NCBI RefSeq assembly: GCF_000497125.1
Contig: NC_090599.1
Span: 992,001 to 1,056,000 of the forward strand
From: Spironucleus salmonicida
Taxonomy: Eukaryota
Length of the DNA: 64,000 nt
Direction of reading: 5' to 3'
The stretch's first letter is position 1. Each line of letters starts with the position of its first letter. Position numbers and translations under genes: made by a program. Positions 36,926-51,456 of this stretch are shown piece by piece. The notes beneath the pieces are model-generated. The model saw only the letters and a list, made by a program, of their open reading frames with translations. It ran no database searches and was not told where the DNA came from.

Positions 36926-39900
36926 AATGACATAAATTTGTAGCGCAGCCGCTGACTGCGGGTCCTCCCACTACAGTGTGTGCTATAGGACCACCAGTGG
37001 AACTATCCAGCTGGTTAATCTAAGATCTGAAAATGTAAGTTCTAAGTAACCATCGACTGCGTATGTCTCGATAGAATTCACTGACGTAAAGCAGCTCCCC
37101 CCAGACAGCATTTACTATGGATCATCACCACCAGATACGTTGAACTACGCATTCTTTCCTAACTGGAAGAACTACTTCTTCGATGCTGACGAGATAGTGT
37201 GCTATCCCAATGTTCCCTCAGTCCCTTCCAAGAACCACCGATCGATTCGGGTTACCTGCGCCAGTCTTTTTGAAGGGTTCATGTTCCAAGCAGTAAAAAG
37301 TGTTCGCTGCGCCTCCGGCTTGGACACCGTGGAACTAGCATTCTTAATACCAAGTGTGGCTCGCGCCCAGCACCTCGACTTCATTAAGCTTTGCGCGTAG
37401 TCGGTTGAGAAGAGAACTCCATGCAAAATAACATTGATATACGAAGGTAAAGCTGCACTGGGATCTGCTGAGGCAATAGGTGATTTTGGCGGATTTACAT
37501 TCGATAAAGCCACTAAGTAAAATCACGAATCATGCAACCTGGCAGCTAGTAATATTGACAATGTAGTTGATCAATTAGTACGTGCTGATTTTGTAGACTT
37601 GCGTTTCCACAATCGCCATCTACTTTACCAAAGAATCATGGAATTGAAAAATGATTATACTAGTGGTGATGTTTTCTTAGATCTTACTGGAATTTTTGAC
37701 CCGTTTCAATTCTATGGCCACTATGCCTTATATAGCTGGTTCAAAGAGCGTGGCACCACGGATGGATTTGAAAATGGAGCTAAATAATTCCTTTAAACAA
37801 TACCATTCTATGAAGACGGGGAACGCTGTTGCTCATAATATTTCCATTAAAGATAAATTTCGATGACATATGTTGATTTCAGATAATAAATGCTAGAATA
37901 TATTCGAAACTTTAATGATAGCTCTGAATTCAAGTTTATTAAGCCATGCCAGGAATTTAATAAACTGATAAAAATTGTATAAAACCGCAAAGTCCTTAAA
38001 AAAGTGCTAACATAGGCACTTTGTTTCGAAGACTTTAATAGTAATGAACGTATAGTGTGTATTTGTTAGCAACTAGTATCCAGCCATTCTTAATAATATC
38101 AGTCTTTATTATATAAAGCTGTCGCTGACATATCTTTATAATAATGGAAAAAACGACTTAACTCTAATTTTTTAATTATTATGGGCGAATTTCAAAGCTA
38201 AACAATTATAGAGAGTTATAAATTCAGTAATGATAAAATTGGAATAAGTTTACCTTCTGGTATTTACCAGCAAATATGTACAGCTGTCTGTGCTTAGCTA
38301 GCAAATAACTTTGGTTTATTTCTTCAATCAAATAAATGCAAAACATTTAAAATTACTGGAGGATTTTCTTAAAGTCCATTTTTACTAAACTAATTAGCTC
38401 AAAATTCATATATCTAACAAATTACCAAGAAAAGCAAGGATAGTTTGATATAACATATTAAAAAATCTCTCATTATTCCTCCTTATGAGATTGTTAAAAA
38501 TGCAATTGGTATGAAATAGTCTATGACAGATTCCGAAAATTTAATATATAAACACTACTATCTAAATATTGATAAAAGTGGTAATTTAAAGTATGAAGAG
38601 GTGAATGTTACTACTTCGCACAAGAATCGAGTCTGCATTGACGAGGGAACATCTGGATCACTGTTAAGCTATATACCAGCGGGTCATAAGTACACAGATG
38701 ATATGACTATCAATGATTTACCTGCATAACAGGATAGGATCCGTAAGATAGATGATGTTGAGTTTAAAGCTGGCACTAAAACTCCTTCATTTTGCGTGGT
38801 AGATATTCCAGCAGCCTATTAGCTAGCCACGTCTGGACTTTCGTTATAACATAGCGAAGATTTATCCAATTACCAATAAGTGTTCGATAAATATTTTACA
38901 TTATAGATGCTTCCAATTTCCGATATTCGTAGAATATTTCTTTTTGGAAATGTTAATAAAGATGCCTTATCTGAATAGTTATTATCTAATAATCATGATG
39001 ATGCAACACTGGTATAGAGTTCAAAGCCTATGAGTGCAAAGGAAAAGTTACTACGCAAAAAGTAAGAGGCACAAGCAAAATAAGAAGTTGAACCAGAACC
39101 AAAGTCAACCTCAGTCGAAGAGGTTGGGCAAAAGCTCACTGCAAAATAAAAGATGGCACTAGCAAAGTTATAAAAGACGTAACAATAGACTACGGATGTA
39201 TCACCGTCAACTAGTGGGGTCCATATTAATGAGTTCCTTATTGTAGATTATTGGAAGAGATATTTGTATCAAAACTAGCAAGTCTAATATCCATTAAACC
39301 CATAGATAGTGTAACGTTATACATTTAATGGTCAGTCTATAGAACTAAAATTACCAGTTGCATATTTCTATATTTCTCATCTTTCTCATTTTTATCATAC
39401 TTTTATATAGGACTAAGGTGATATGGTAAGTTATTACAATTAGCTTGGTCTTACGCTTACAGTTCCTTGCGCGGCAAAATAGTAGCATTTAACTTTTTTG
39501 CGAGAGTGTTGTAGAGTAGCGAATCTTCCTGATGATATAGTTTTTGTATATGAACCAAATTCAGCATTTTCTTTTATTTTTCATTAAGATCGACTTCGTG
39601 GTACCAATATATTTAAGGATGGATACGTTATTGTAGTTGATGTTGGCGGTGGAACTACAGATGTATCGCTGCTGAAGGTAGATACAGAAGGTGGTACATT
39701 TAATGTTATTAATTTTTATGAAATCAACTATGCAGGAAATAATGTCATAGACAAAGTTTTTGAGAACCTTGGTGTATAATCAGGACTGCTACAGTAACTT
39801 AGTTCAGGAACAAGATCACAATTTCGTGAGTCTGTGAAATCTTAAATTGAGCTTCTAACAGTATTAAACTCTTCTGATAGAAATGTTGAAGAGGTTATTA

Positions 39901-40369
39901 TCGTCATAGAAAGTAAGAAAAACAAAACTTCAGATGCTGAAAATTTGGCTTTAGAATAATTATATGCGATACTTGATGGCTTGTCATCATGTTATAATGA
40001 TTCAGAATAGAGATTAGTAAAAATTAGGGAGTATTAAATTAGCTCAAAGTTGTTTTATGATTCTATTGGTTTTGTTTAGTAATAGATTTAAGAAAGGACG
40101 TTAGATTTTTCTGATCTAAATAGAATACTTGAAACAAATTATAAGGTATAAATAGTCTGTGCTGGTGGAATGGGTTCATCTTTAAGCTTTAGATCCAGTT
40201 TTACGGAAAAAATTAAAACATTAAAATATAGTTACATAAAATTATAAGAGACTCCCAATTTCTAATCTGCTATTGCCAGAGGTGGATTATTCTTAAAGTC
40301 TGAAAAAGACTATGTTGATTTTGGTGCTCCGTTTATACAAAGGGGCAGTGAGGAAGAGGAAAAATTCAT
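36926..40369 (+). repeat. Palindrome left arm (~3.44 kb)
   Basis: Reverse complement of 41685-45128 (sum 82054). The mirrored ORF-track entries are identical. Confidence 0.97.
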
Positions 40370-41015
40370 CGATAACAATGAAATTCTTATGAAATCTACT
40401 GTTCATATTCTTACTTTCAGATATATTTAACTAGCTCTCAGTATTCAAAAATCAACGTTTATAGAATCTGGTAAAAGATGGTCTTAAGGTGATGTTAATA
40501 TTACAGCTACTTCCTCATATAATGGAATTTCCTTTGCTGTTCATGTTGAACATAAATGGTCTGTCATAGGAACCACATCAAATTATTTTTATTTATGCCA
40601 AGTCCCTCTCGAATATATTAACTTGCTACACCCATAAGAAAATAGTACACCTGCTGGTTGGGTTTAGTATTTGTATGATATTAATATTACACTTTCAAAA
40701 CCTGATAATATATTAAACATTTTAACTGATATTGATAAAGACAAGAGACCTTTTGCTGCACTAACTGTAGATGTTAGTTTAAAAAACTCTTCGACTTGTA
40801 TAACTTCCAATTTTAACTTGTTTAGATATTTTCCTGTAGATTTATAATCATTATAGCTTGAAAAGGAAAAAGGGAAAATATTTATTTCATAATGTTGTGT
40901 ATATCATAATTTAGTACAGTATATAGATAATGTTAAAAAAAATTATGGTAAACATACAATACTATGTAAAAAATGTGTTTTAAAGTTACCTATATAGAAG
41001 TGGAAACTTAAGTGA
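36927..41015 (+). CDS. Divergent Hsp70/HSPA12-like protein with two tandem actin-fold ATPase domains, 1362 aa (copy 1)
   Basis: Domain 1: AADCGSSHYSV, LIPS...YEGKAAL, ITGGFSQSPFL. Domain 2: LTVP...YEPNSA, VVDVGGGTTDVS, AGGMGSS, SAIARGG. Stop within AGTGA. Confidence 0.8.
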
Positions 41016-41035
41016 ATGAAAATAAATCATTAATC

Positions 41036-44000
41036 TCAAATAATTTTCCAATGTTATCCTGGTAATTAAACAACACATTTATTAAAAATAACAAGAGAGT
41101 TATCATGTTAGGCCTATAAATCAGAAATAAATTATGCTAACTTCGGGTAATAAATTGTGTCAGTAATAAATTTTTCCCCATTTTCAGAATCTAATTTAAA
41201 TCCTTTCATATCTAGTGGTATATATCTAAATAGATTAAAATTTTATGTTATTTTAAGTTTCGAATCACCAGCAATATTAACAGTGAAACAAATATTGCAA
41301 AATGGTTTTTTCATCGAATCTTCTCCTTATCCCACTAAAAGTGTAGTAAGAGGCTTTTATATATACGTTTCAATCGAATATACAAATTAAGGTACACCCA
41401 TTTATGTTATAGTTTCATTAGGATGTAATAGATTCACATCTTCTATAGGAATTCTGACTAAGTAAAAATAATGATCTGTTAATCCAAAAATTGAGTATGT
41501 ATGATTAACATGAATTATAAATTCAATGCCTTTATTCCAGCACTATACAAAATTATTAGCTGTTTATTAAGTCCATCGTTATCCACCTTAAATGATATCT
41601 GTTTTCTAATATTGTGACTATAAACCAGCATTTCTAAATGTTATAATTTGTAATTTACTTTCACATAAAATTTTGCTCTATTTAATGAATTTTTCCTCTT
41701 CCTCACTGCCCCTTTGTATAAACGGAGCACCAAAATCAACATAGTCTTTTTCAGACTTTAAGAATAATCCACCTCTGGCAATAGCAGATTAGAAATTGGG
41801 AGTCTCTTATAATTTTATGTAACTATATTTTAATGTTTTAATTTTTTCCGTAAAACTGGATCTAAAGCTTAAAGATGAACCCATTCCACCAGCACAGACT
41901 ATTTATACCTTATAATTTGTTTCAAGTATTCTATTTAGATCAGAAAAATCTAACGTCCTTTCTTAAATCTATTACTAAACAAAACCAATAGAATCATAAA
42001 ACAACTTTGAGCTAATTTAATACTCCCTAATTTTTACTAATCTCTATTCTGAATCATTATAACATGATGACAAGCCATCAAGTATCGCATATAATTATTC
42101 TAAAGCCAAATTTTCAGCATCTGAAGTTTTGTTTTTCTTACTTTCTATGACGATAATAACCTCTTCAACATTTCTATCAGAAGAGTTTAATACTGTTAGA
42201 AGCTCAATTTAAGATTTCACAGACTCACGAAATTGTGATCTTGTTCCTGAACTAAGTTACTGTAGCAGTCCTGATTATACACCAAGGTTCTCAAAAACTT
42301 TGTCTATGACATTATTTCCTGCATAGTTGATTTCATAAAAATTAATAACATTAAATGTACCACCTTCTGTATCTACCTTCAGCAGCGATACATCTGTAGT
42401 TCCACCGCCAACATCAACTACAATAACGTATCCATCCTTAAATATATTGGTACCACGAAGTCGATCTTAATGAAAAATAAAAGAAAATGCTGAATTTGGT
42501 TCATATACAAAAACTATATCATCAGGAAGATTCGCTACTCTACAACACTCTCGCAAAAAAGTTAAATGCTACTATTTTGCCGCGCAAGGAACTGTAAGCG
42601 TAAGACCAAGCTAATTGTAATAACTTACCATATCACCTTAGTCCTATATAAAAGTATGATAAAAATGAGAAAGATGAGAAATATAGAAATATGCAACTGG
42701 TAATTTTAGTTCTATAGACTGACCATTAAATGTATAACGTTACACTATCTATGGGTTTAATGGATATTAGACTTGCTAGTTTTGATACAAATATCTCTTC
42801 CAATAATCTACAATAAGGAACTCATTAATATGGACCCCACTAGTTGACGGTGATACATCCGTAGTCTATTGTTACGTCTTTTATAACTTTGCTAGTGCCA
42901 TCTTTTATTTTGCAGTGAGCTTTTGCCCAACCTCTTCGACTGAGGTTGACTTTGGTTCTGGTTCAACTTCTTATTTTGCTTGTGCCTCTTACTTTTTGCG
43001 TAGTAACTTTTCCTTTGCACTCATAGGCTTTGAACTCTATACCAGTGTTGCATCATCATGATTATTAGATAATAACTATTCAGATAAGGCATCTTTATTA
43101 ACATTTCCAAAAAGAAATATTCTACGAATATCGGAAATTGGAAGCATCTATAATGTAAAATATTTATCGAACACTTATTGGTAATTGGATAAATCTTCGC
43201 TATGTTATAACGAAAGTCCAGACGTGGCTAGCTAATAGGCTGCTGGAATATCTACCACGCAAAATGAAGGAGTTTTAGTGCCAGCTTTAAACTCAACATC
43301 ATCTATCTTACGGATCCTATCCTGTTATGCAGGTAAATCATTGATAGTCATATCATCTGTGTACTTATGACCCGCTGGTATATAGCTTAACAGTGATCCA
43401 GATGTTCCCTCGTCAATGCAGACTCGATTCTTGTGCGAAGTAGTAACATTCACCTCTTCATACTTTAAATTACCACTTTTATCAATATTTAGATAGTAGT
43501 GTTTATATATTAAATTTTCGGAATCTGTCATAGACTATTTCATACCAATTGCATTTTTAACAATCTCATAAGGAGGAATAATGAGAGATTTTTTAATATG
43601 TTATATCAAACTATCCTTGCTTTTCTTGGTAATTTGTTAGATATATGAATTTTGAGCTAATTAGTTTAGTAAAAATGGACTTTAAGAAAATCCTCCAGTA
43701 ATTTTAAATGTTTTGCATTTATTTGATTGAAGAAATAAACCAAAGTTATTTGCTAGCTAAGCACAGACAGCTGTACATATTTGCTGGTAAATACCAGAAG
43801 GTAAACTTATTCCAATTTTATCATTACTGAATTTATAACTCTCTATAATTGTTTAGCTTTGAAATTCGCCCATAATAATTAAAAAATTAGAGTTAAGTCG
43901 TTTTTTCCATTATTATAAAGATATGTCAGCGACAGCTTTATATAATAAAGACTGATATTATTAAGAATGGCTGGATACTAGTTGCTAACAAATACACACT

Positions 44001-45127
44001 ATACGTTCATTACTATTAAAGTCTTCGAAACAAAGTGCCTATGTTAGCACTTTTTTAAGGACTTTGCGGTTTTATACAATTTTTATCAGTTTATTAAATT
44101 CCTGGCATGGCTTAATAAACTTGAATTCAGAGCTATCATTAAAGTTTCGAATATATTCTAGCATTTATTATCTGAAATCAACATATGTCATCGAAATTTA
44201 TCTTTAATGGAAATATTATGAGCAACAGCGTTCCCCGTCTTCATAGAATGGTATTGTTTAAAGGAATTATTTAGCTCCATTTTCAAATCCATCCGTGGTG
44301 CCACGCTCTTTGAACCAGCTATATAAGGCATAGTGGCCATAGAATTGAAACGGGTCAAAAATTCCAGTAAGATCTAAGAAAACATCACCACTAGTATAAT
44401 CATTTTTCAATTCCATGATTCTTTGGTAAAGTAGATGGCGATTGTGGAAACGCAAGTCTACAAAATCAGCACGTACTAATTGATCAACTACATTGTCAAT
44501 ATTACTAGCTGCCAGGTTGCATGATTCGTGATTTTACTTAGTGGCTTTATCGAATGTAAATCCGCCAAAATCACCTATTGCCTCAGCAGATCCCAGTGCA
44601 GCTTTACCTTCGTATATCAATGTTATTTTGCATGGAGTTCTCTTCTCAACCGACTACGCGCAAAGCTTAATGAAGTCGAGGTGCTGGGCGCGAGCCACAC
44701 TTGGTATTAAGAATGCTAGTTCCACGGTGTCCAAGCCGGAGGCGCAGCGAACACTTTTTACTGCTTGGAACATGAACCCTTCAAAAAGACTGGCGCAGGT
44801 AACCCGAATCGATCGGTGGTTCTTGGAAGGGACTGAGGGAACATTGGGATAGCACACTATCTCGTCAGCATCGAAGAAGTAGTTCTTCCAGTTAGGAAAG
44901 AATGCGTAGTTCAACGTATCTGGTGGTGATGATCCATAGTAAATGCTGTCTGGGGGGAGCTGCTTTACGTCAGTGAATTCTATCGAGACATACGCAGTCG
45001 ATGGTTACTTAGAACTTACATTTTCAGATCTTAGATTAACCAGCTGGATAGTTCCACTGGTGGTCCTATAGCACACACTGTAGTGGGAGGACCCGCAGTC
45101 AGCGGCTGCGCTACAAATTTATTTCAT
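41036..45127 (-). CDS. Divergent Hsp70/HSPA12-like tandem ATPase protein, 1363 aa (copy 2)
   Basis: Mirror of copy 1 up to EEEEKFI, then a homologous but diverged C-terminus ending KCVVQLPGQHWKII. CCACTT motif upstream. Confidence 0.8.
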
Positions 45128-45128
45128 T
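41685..45128 (-). repeat. Palindrome right arm
   Basis: Reverse complement of 36926-40369. Confidence 0.97.
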
Positions 45129-45262
45129 TTGAAAAGTGGAAGTTAATAATATGATAATATTATACGCTAATCAATCAAGTTATACCAAATTAAGATATAA
45201 TTTCAATTTATGTTTTATCACTCAATATTGTTAAATACTATTAAATAATGATAACCATCAAA

Positions 45263-46357
45263 TCATAAATTAATAAGCCTCGTAAGCTCTAGTAAGCTCT
45301 CTATCTATACACCTTCGACCTCGAGAGTTTGCAAGATATCTACAAAAATACGTTTATCCTTCCTCATAGCTCCATCAACCATAAAAATACAGCTTTAACA
45401 GCACGCCAGCCTTACCTCATCGTATCCTGATTTGGAGCATTGCCGCAATCCCTCTAAAAGCAGTTCTAAATTTGCACCGCTAAAGTTCTAAACAACTACA
45501 AATGGACAGAGATTTATCACACGTCCCAAAAACAAGCATGCCTGCACCTAAAACAGCGAATTATACTTTTTGAGCCCTGCAACTGCCTGATTAAGAATGT
45601 CACCTTATATATAAAAATTAGCGTTTTTAGGGTCCAAACTGAGCATATCGTTCAAATACTGAAAAGATACCGCTAATAATCCTGTATCCTGGTTAGCCTT
45701 AATGACATCTAGAAGCTCACGACTGATTTTTCCGCTTTCGCTGACTGTCTCGATGCTGATGCGCGCTATTAGGTAGCAGGCGTTTAGAACGTGCTGCAGC
45801 CCCTCGATTTTTGCGGCGCTGAACTCCTTGATGTACTACAGTGCCTTTTCGTAGAAAATTGACTTCTAGTCTTTGATCAAATTCACGTCCTCTGTGAGGA
45901 CTTGAAAACACTGTGAAAGGATCGGAAAGTCGTTGTAGAACTGCAGAATGAAGGTCGTGAAGTCGTCCAAAAGCTCCGAATTGGCGTTCTGAAGCGCCGA
46001 GAGTGAGCCGTAATTTTGCGTGAAATTGGCTATAATTTGGGCTATAACTACGCGGAATTCGGCGTTCGCCGGGTTCCTAAAAAAGGTGTTCAGGACATTA
46101 AAGTTCACCTGTGATGAGAAGAACTCGACGGTCGCCAGGGGAGATTTTGCGTGCGAATCGAGCTGGTTAAGCGCCTCATGTAGGGACTCCTTCGTGAGGT
46201 TTTTGGCATTATATTCGTTCAGATGATTATTGAATTTTTGGAAGAAAACGGGGTCGTGGGGGGATGAAAACGTAGTATTTGGTTGCGGGAGAGGGTTTTC
46301 CTTGATATCACGGAAATACAGGAACTGGTTAGTCGAAAATGCAGTATCGAGCGGCAT
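45263..46357 (-). CDS. ARM/HEAT-repeat protein, 364 aa (weak Fes1/HspBP1/SIL1 resemblance)
   Basis: Amphipathic helical repeats. EALNQLD...EFRVVIAQIIANFTQNY recalls the R..AA..IG...QN motif of Fes1/HspBP1. Confidence 0.6.
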
Positions 46358-46476
46358 TTTTTAAATTGCGGAAAGCTGTGCAAAAATATATAATAATAAA
46401 TAATATATATATATAATTCTAATGATTTTATAATATTATTATTCTATAATAATAAATACATAATTTTTAGTAGAAA

Positions 46477-49400
46477 ATGGATATTGCAGCCCTTTTTAAT
46501 AACATATCAGCATAATCTTTACTCATGTTAGAATCATTGTTTGTTTCTAAAGTAAATCCATAAGAATATATAAAATAGCAGACTTAATAAAAAGTTTAAG
46601 ATGATATTGATCCGTTTGTTTTATTGCGTTCTAATAATTTTACTACAAGATCTATTAAATCTACTAATATGCATTTAAGAACTCCAATTATGTTATAAAG
46701 ACCATTGAATAATAGATCAAAATCTGTTCCTACCAGGAATACTCTACTTAAAAAATCTCACTCATTAGACTTTCAGGAATTTGTTAGTGCTATGACATAG
46801 TGTCTTAATGCTCCAATATATGCATCATCTGCTGTATTTGGACAAGTATGTAAAGGTGATCCTCTCACATAAAATCCATTATATTAGAAAATTTGTTAAG
46901 GGTAATTAGATATCTTAAATGAATAAGCAATTTCAATTTTCAATGGATGCTAAATTTTTTGGTTAGATCTACTGAATTTTATTACTACTAAAACTACTAT
47001 TATTTAGGCAAATAATGATGTTCGATTAAAGGTTAAAAAAGTCCCTAATAATTTTTGTCATAGACTTACTATTGAAAATTGTTAATATGTGCCTTAGCTG
47101 GGAGTTTATTATACAGCTGGTAGAGATGGGTTGGCTTAGTTTTGGAGTTCCTAAAATTTAAATGATATAATGTAGTTTTAAAGTTTGGAGGAAATGACGT
47201 TTGGGATGAAAGATGAGGAAGTGGCGTGTCTTGTTAAAGACTGGACTGCTGCAAGTGATAATAAAGGACTTGAAAGAATTTAAAATATCTAGGTTCTCAC
47301 TGGTGTTGTAAATGGTTAAATTGGAATAAATAATATTAAAAATGAAAAATCTAGATAAAAAGATCAAATTAAATTGCCATTCTAACTTGTATTTTCTTTA
47401 ACTGATCCAAAACTAGATAAAGCAGCATTTCCTTTAAAATAAGATACTAGTAATTATTCCCATGACCTAGTTGTTGCTTGCAGAAAAGCAGATGCACCAC
47501 TGCCTTCAGGGAGACCTATGCCTGAAAAAGTATGGAGATCCATTAAATTTAATGGTGGGATATATAACTTTTCAAAGCCATAGGAGAGTAAATATGGATC
47601 TGGTGGTGGTTATACACTTTATAATGACTGTAAAGGATTTTAAAGATCTAAATCATAAAAAGTGAAAAGATTTAGAACTACAACGTCTAAAAAATCGCTT
47701 GATGATTTATTTTAATCTGCATTTTCAGATGAAGACAATAATTTTAACTTTTTTGGATAAGAACATCCAATTTATAAATAAAAGTAAGCTATAGTGGGAA
47801 AAATGGCTATAGAATAGGAAAATGAAGAAAAGGCTGATTCAGATATTGAAATGGATTTATAAAAACATCGAAAACTAGATCTTAATAATTTCAAAGTATC
47901 AGGTAAGGGAAATGCATGGGCAACAGCTATGTGTTATGATCATCATAGAAGAAAAATATTTATATCTTCTGCTGGAGGAAAAATATTAGTCTATCATCTT
48001 AAACTAAATGGTTTAGAATTAGCTGAAAAAATAAATGTTACTGCTGTAGGAGTTAAGAAAATATAAATTTGGGAAAGATAAATCACTAGATTGTAAATTA
48101 ATAGAATAATTGATTCCTTTGGTAGAGATAGAAATTTTAATATATTAGATTACGTACCCGGCTGTTAACTAGATGATATTCCAGGAACTGGAGAATCATT
48201 TAAAAAGATGAACTATGCTGTTGTAATGGCACCTGCGTCAATTTCTTTTATAAATCTTAAAAACAATGTTGTAGATCTAGATCTTGATGTTTCAGATATT
48301 ATTTCAGAATTTCCAGGTTAGTTTTTTAGTACTATGGGAATATTTTAAGAAAAGCTCCTGTTAGGTTTAACAAATGGATATATTATTTCATTGGATTAGT
48401 TCTCACTTAAAGTTGTAGAAAAACTCTAGGCATTTGAAACTGAAGTTTCTGATCTTACATTTTACTATTCTGCCAGTTTATTAATTGCTTCATGTCTAAA
48501 TGGTAAAATATCTATATATAACTATGAATCAAAGCCGCATTTATTATAAGAATTACATGACTCTGGTTGTATTTTAAATGTATTTGCTAGTGAAAAATAT
48601 GAGGTGTTTTTAAGTATTTGCAGTAATGGAGTTATTACAGTTTGGAGTAGTAAATAGTATAACCAACTTCATAAGGTATTTACGAATGAAAATTTAAGTG
48701 TATCCATGTGGGATGAATAAAATGGCTTGCTTATTGTAGGAAACGTATGGCTTAAAGTATTTTAAATTATTGGAGTTAAAAAAGAAATTAAAATAGAAGA
48801 GGTAATTTAAGAGAAAACTATACCATAAGCACACTATGTATAAGTTGTATCTATTATTAATTTATAACGACCTGGATTATCATTAAAATAACCTAGTTTT
48901 CTTCTAGAAGAATTGCAATCGCCCGAATAAACAGATACGCTTCTTCTTTCTTAAATAAGCTAAGATAATTCCCCCCAGGAAAATATATAACTTCCATAGA
49001 AACAGATTCAAAAGTTATTTATAAAATAAGAAGATAAAGATAAATATTATCATCCATTACCTTTAAATAGACTGGAACTAGAACATCGACCAAAATTTTT
49101 AGATGAAACAAATCCATGTTAACCACAAAAAAATATCACCGATTAAACACCATTTACTCTTGTTAATTAAGATAATGCAGTAGATCCATCAATAATGTCA
49201 CTAAATTACAATAAATTACCTCTATAACATAAGTTTGCTGAGATTATACAAAGAGAGAATTTTAACATGTTAAATTATAATTAATATATGAAAAAAGTAG
49301 AAACAGAACTTCGACATAACTAACAAAATGTTACATTTAAACGTAAACGAGTATTTTCTAGGAATTAACAAACTGGATAAGAAATAGTTTAATTTATTTA

Positions 49401-50796
49401 TTCAAAAACAGAAGCAATTCTTGAACCTGACTCTTAGATGTTAGGCTTTGTAACAGTTGATGTAGAAGGTAATCTTAGGCATTGGGTAAATACTACTTTA
49501 TTATCCACCTATTAAATTGAGCTTCCTGATAGAATCACTGTTGATTCTGCAGGATATGACTATCAAAAATAAATTCTAATTCTTAATCTATCTAATGCAC
49601 AAACTATGCTGTTCAAACTAGTGACATCTGAAATTTAAGATATTTTCAACATTTAAAATTGTGCTAAAGCAGCATTTATTTTAAGCTTTTAAGGGGTTAC
49701 GCAAACTAATGGTATTTAAACAGATGAATTTACAGAGTTTCTTAAAGATTACAAACCATAAAAATATGAAAGAATCAATACCGCCGTAAATTATTAAAAT
49801 TTAATAGCAATTTCTTGTGGAGAATTTATTCTTCTCTATTCGTACAACTCTAGAAGATTATCCTAAAATTTTGTTGAAAATCTTCTGCTTTCAGGTGCTA
49901 AAATTGCTAGATCACTCATTCCTGGTATGAATAATCCACCAAGTCTTATTTTAAAAGGTCACGAATCTCCAATTATAGCACTTTCAGCTGCTGGCAAAAA
50001 GTTAATTTCCTGCGATGAGCAAGGAGTTTGCTGCTTTTGGCTTGGTTAAGGAATCGCAAAATACATTATCCGACTCAAAAATGACTATATCTAGCAAGTT
50101 TTTGCCAGCTTTCGACCTGAACTTTGGGGCTATATTTTCTTTAAATCCGGAGAACTTATATAAATAGACATGAATAAAGGTCAATCTCCGCTATTAACTT
50201 TCTAAATTGACGGAAATACGACTGCAAATTTCGCTGTTGACGAACGTGAAAATGGAACAATTTATGCATTTTCAGACAAGAATTTAGGATTCATTTTCGT
50301 CAAAAACGAGATATATTGCACATTCAAACTGCCCTGTAATTGTAAAAATATTCAAAAAATTGAATTCTGCGATCAAAAACTAGTCGTAGGCTGCAACGGT
50401 GGTCATGTTTTCCTGAACGAAATCATTAGGAAAAGTGGAACAAAAGGTGTGTTTTTGCAAGGGAGCGACGGCATTATATAACGAAATATGGACTTTGATG
50501 ACGAATTTGACTCTGCCGAACTGCTATAACTTTCGCCTTTGTCGGTTAACATTATCGACTAGCAGTAGATTGGGAGCGAAATCAACGTCGAAACTGAGCA
50601 GTTTTTCGAGCGATTAGCGCAAAGTCAGATAAGGATCGAAAAAACACTAATATTAGAACAGAATAGCGACGTGCGGCTGCTGAGCAGCAAGGTTGTAGCA
50701 GACAGCGTTTAAATCAGCAATATGCTAGTTAACGAGGACACTATTGAAGTTGCAAGGCGAGAGTAGATGCTAAGCATGAGGGTTTAGTTCAAATGA
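46477..50796 (+). CDS. Large WD40-repeat protein with N-terminal EF-hand-like segment (WDR49/WDR64-like), 1439 aa
   Basis: SLDFQEFVSAM, YYTAGRDGLAQFW, GH..PI..L and other WD-like repeats. Start and stop are in the same frame. Confidence 0.75.
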
Positions 50797-51456
50797 AGTG
50801 AAATATTGTTTTTTCACTCTATGCTTAATTCTGCAAGCGATTTTAAAGACATTGTAGTAATTGAAAGTTGAAACGAATCTTTTTGAGATATTTCAACGGA
50901 AAGAGTATTTTATGGCTAGATATTTAACTATGGTTAAATTGGTGGCAAAGTGTAGTGTCTGCGTAGCTAGGTCTTGAAGTCTTTTAGTTTTAGTTTAATT
51001 CTCATTTTTGCTATGTGTTTTTAGTAAAATATTTAAATGATGAAAGTTACTTCCTAAAACAATTTAATGATGTTTAATAATTGTTTGAGGAATTTATTTA
51101 GTTTTTATTATTAATATTTTGTATAGTTTACTGATTCAAACATATGTTAATATAAGGAATTACTCTATAATAATAATTTAAATTAAGTTATTTAAATATA
51201 CTTCGAAAAGTTTTATTACTAATGTGAAATTTTTCAATGTATAGAAATAGAAAATTCTACTTACATTCAGTATTTATGTAATAGTTATATTTATGTAAAT
51301 CTAAGTAAATAAAAATATTATATGATAAATATGATTTAGTTTAAGGTTTCCAATGTATAATTTGTGAGAAAATTTAATGGCTAATTAATAAGTTTTACTG
51401 AAAAAGATTAATGTGAATAGCAATTTCAATTCCTAATTTATGATTAAATAGAAATT

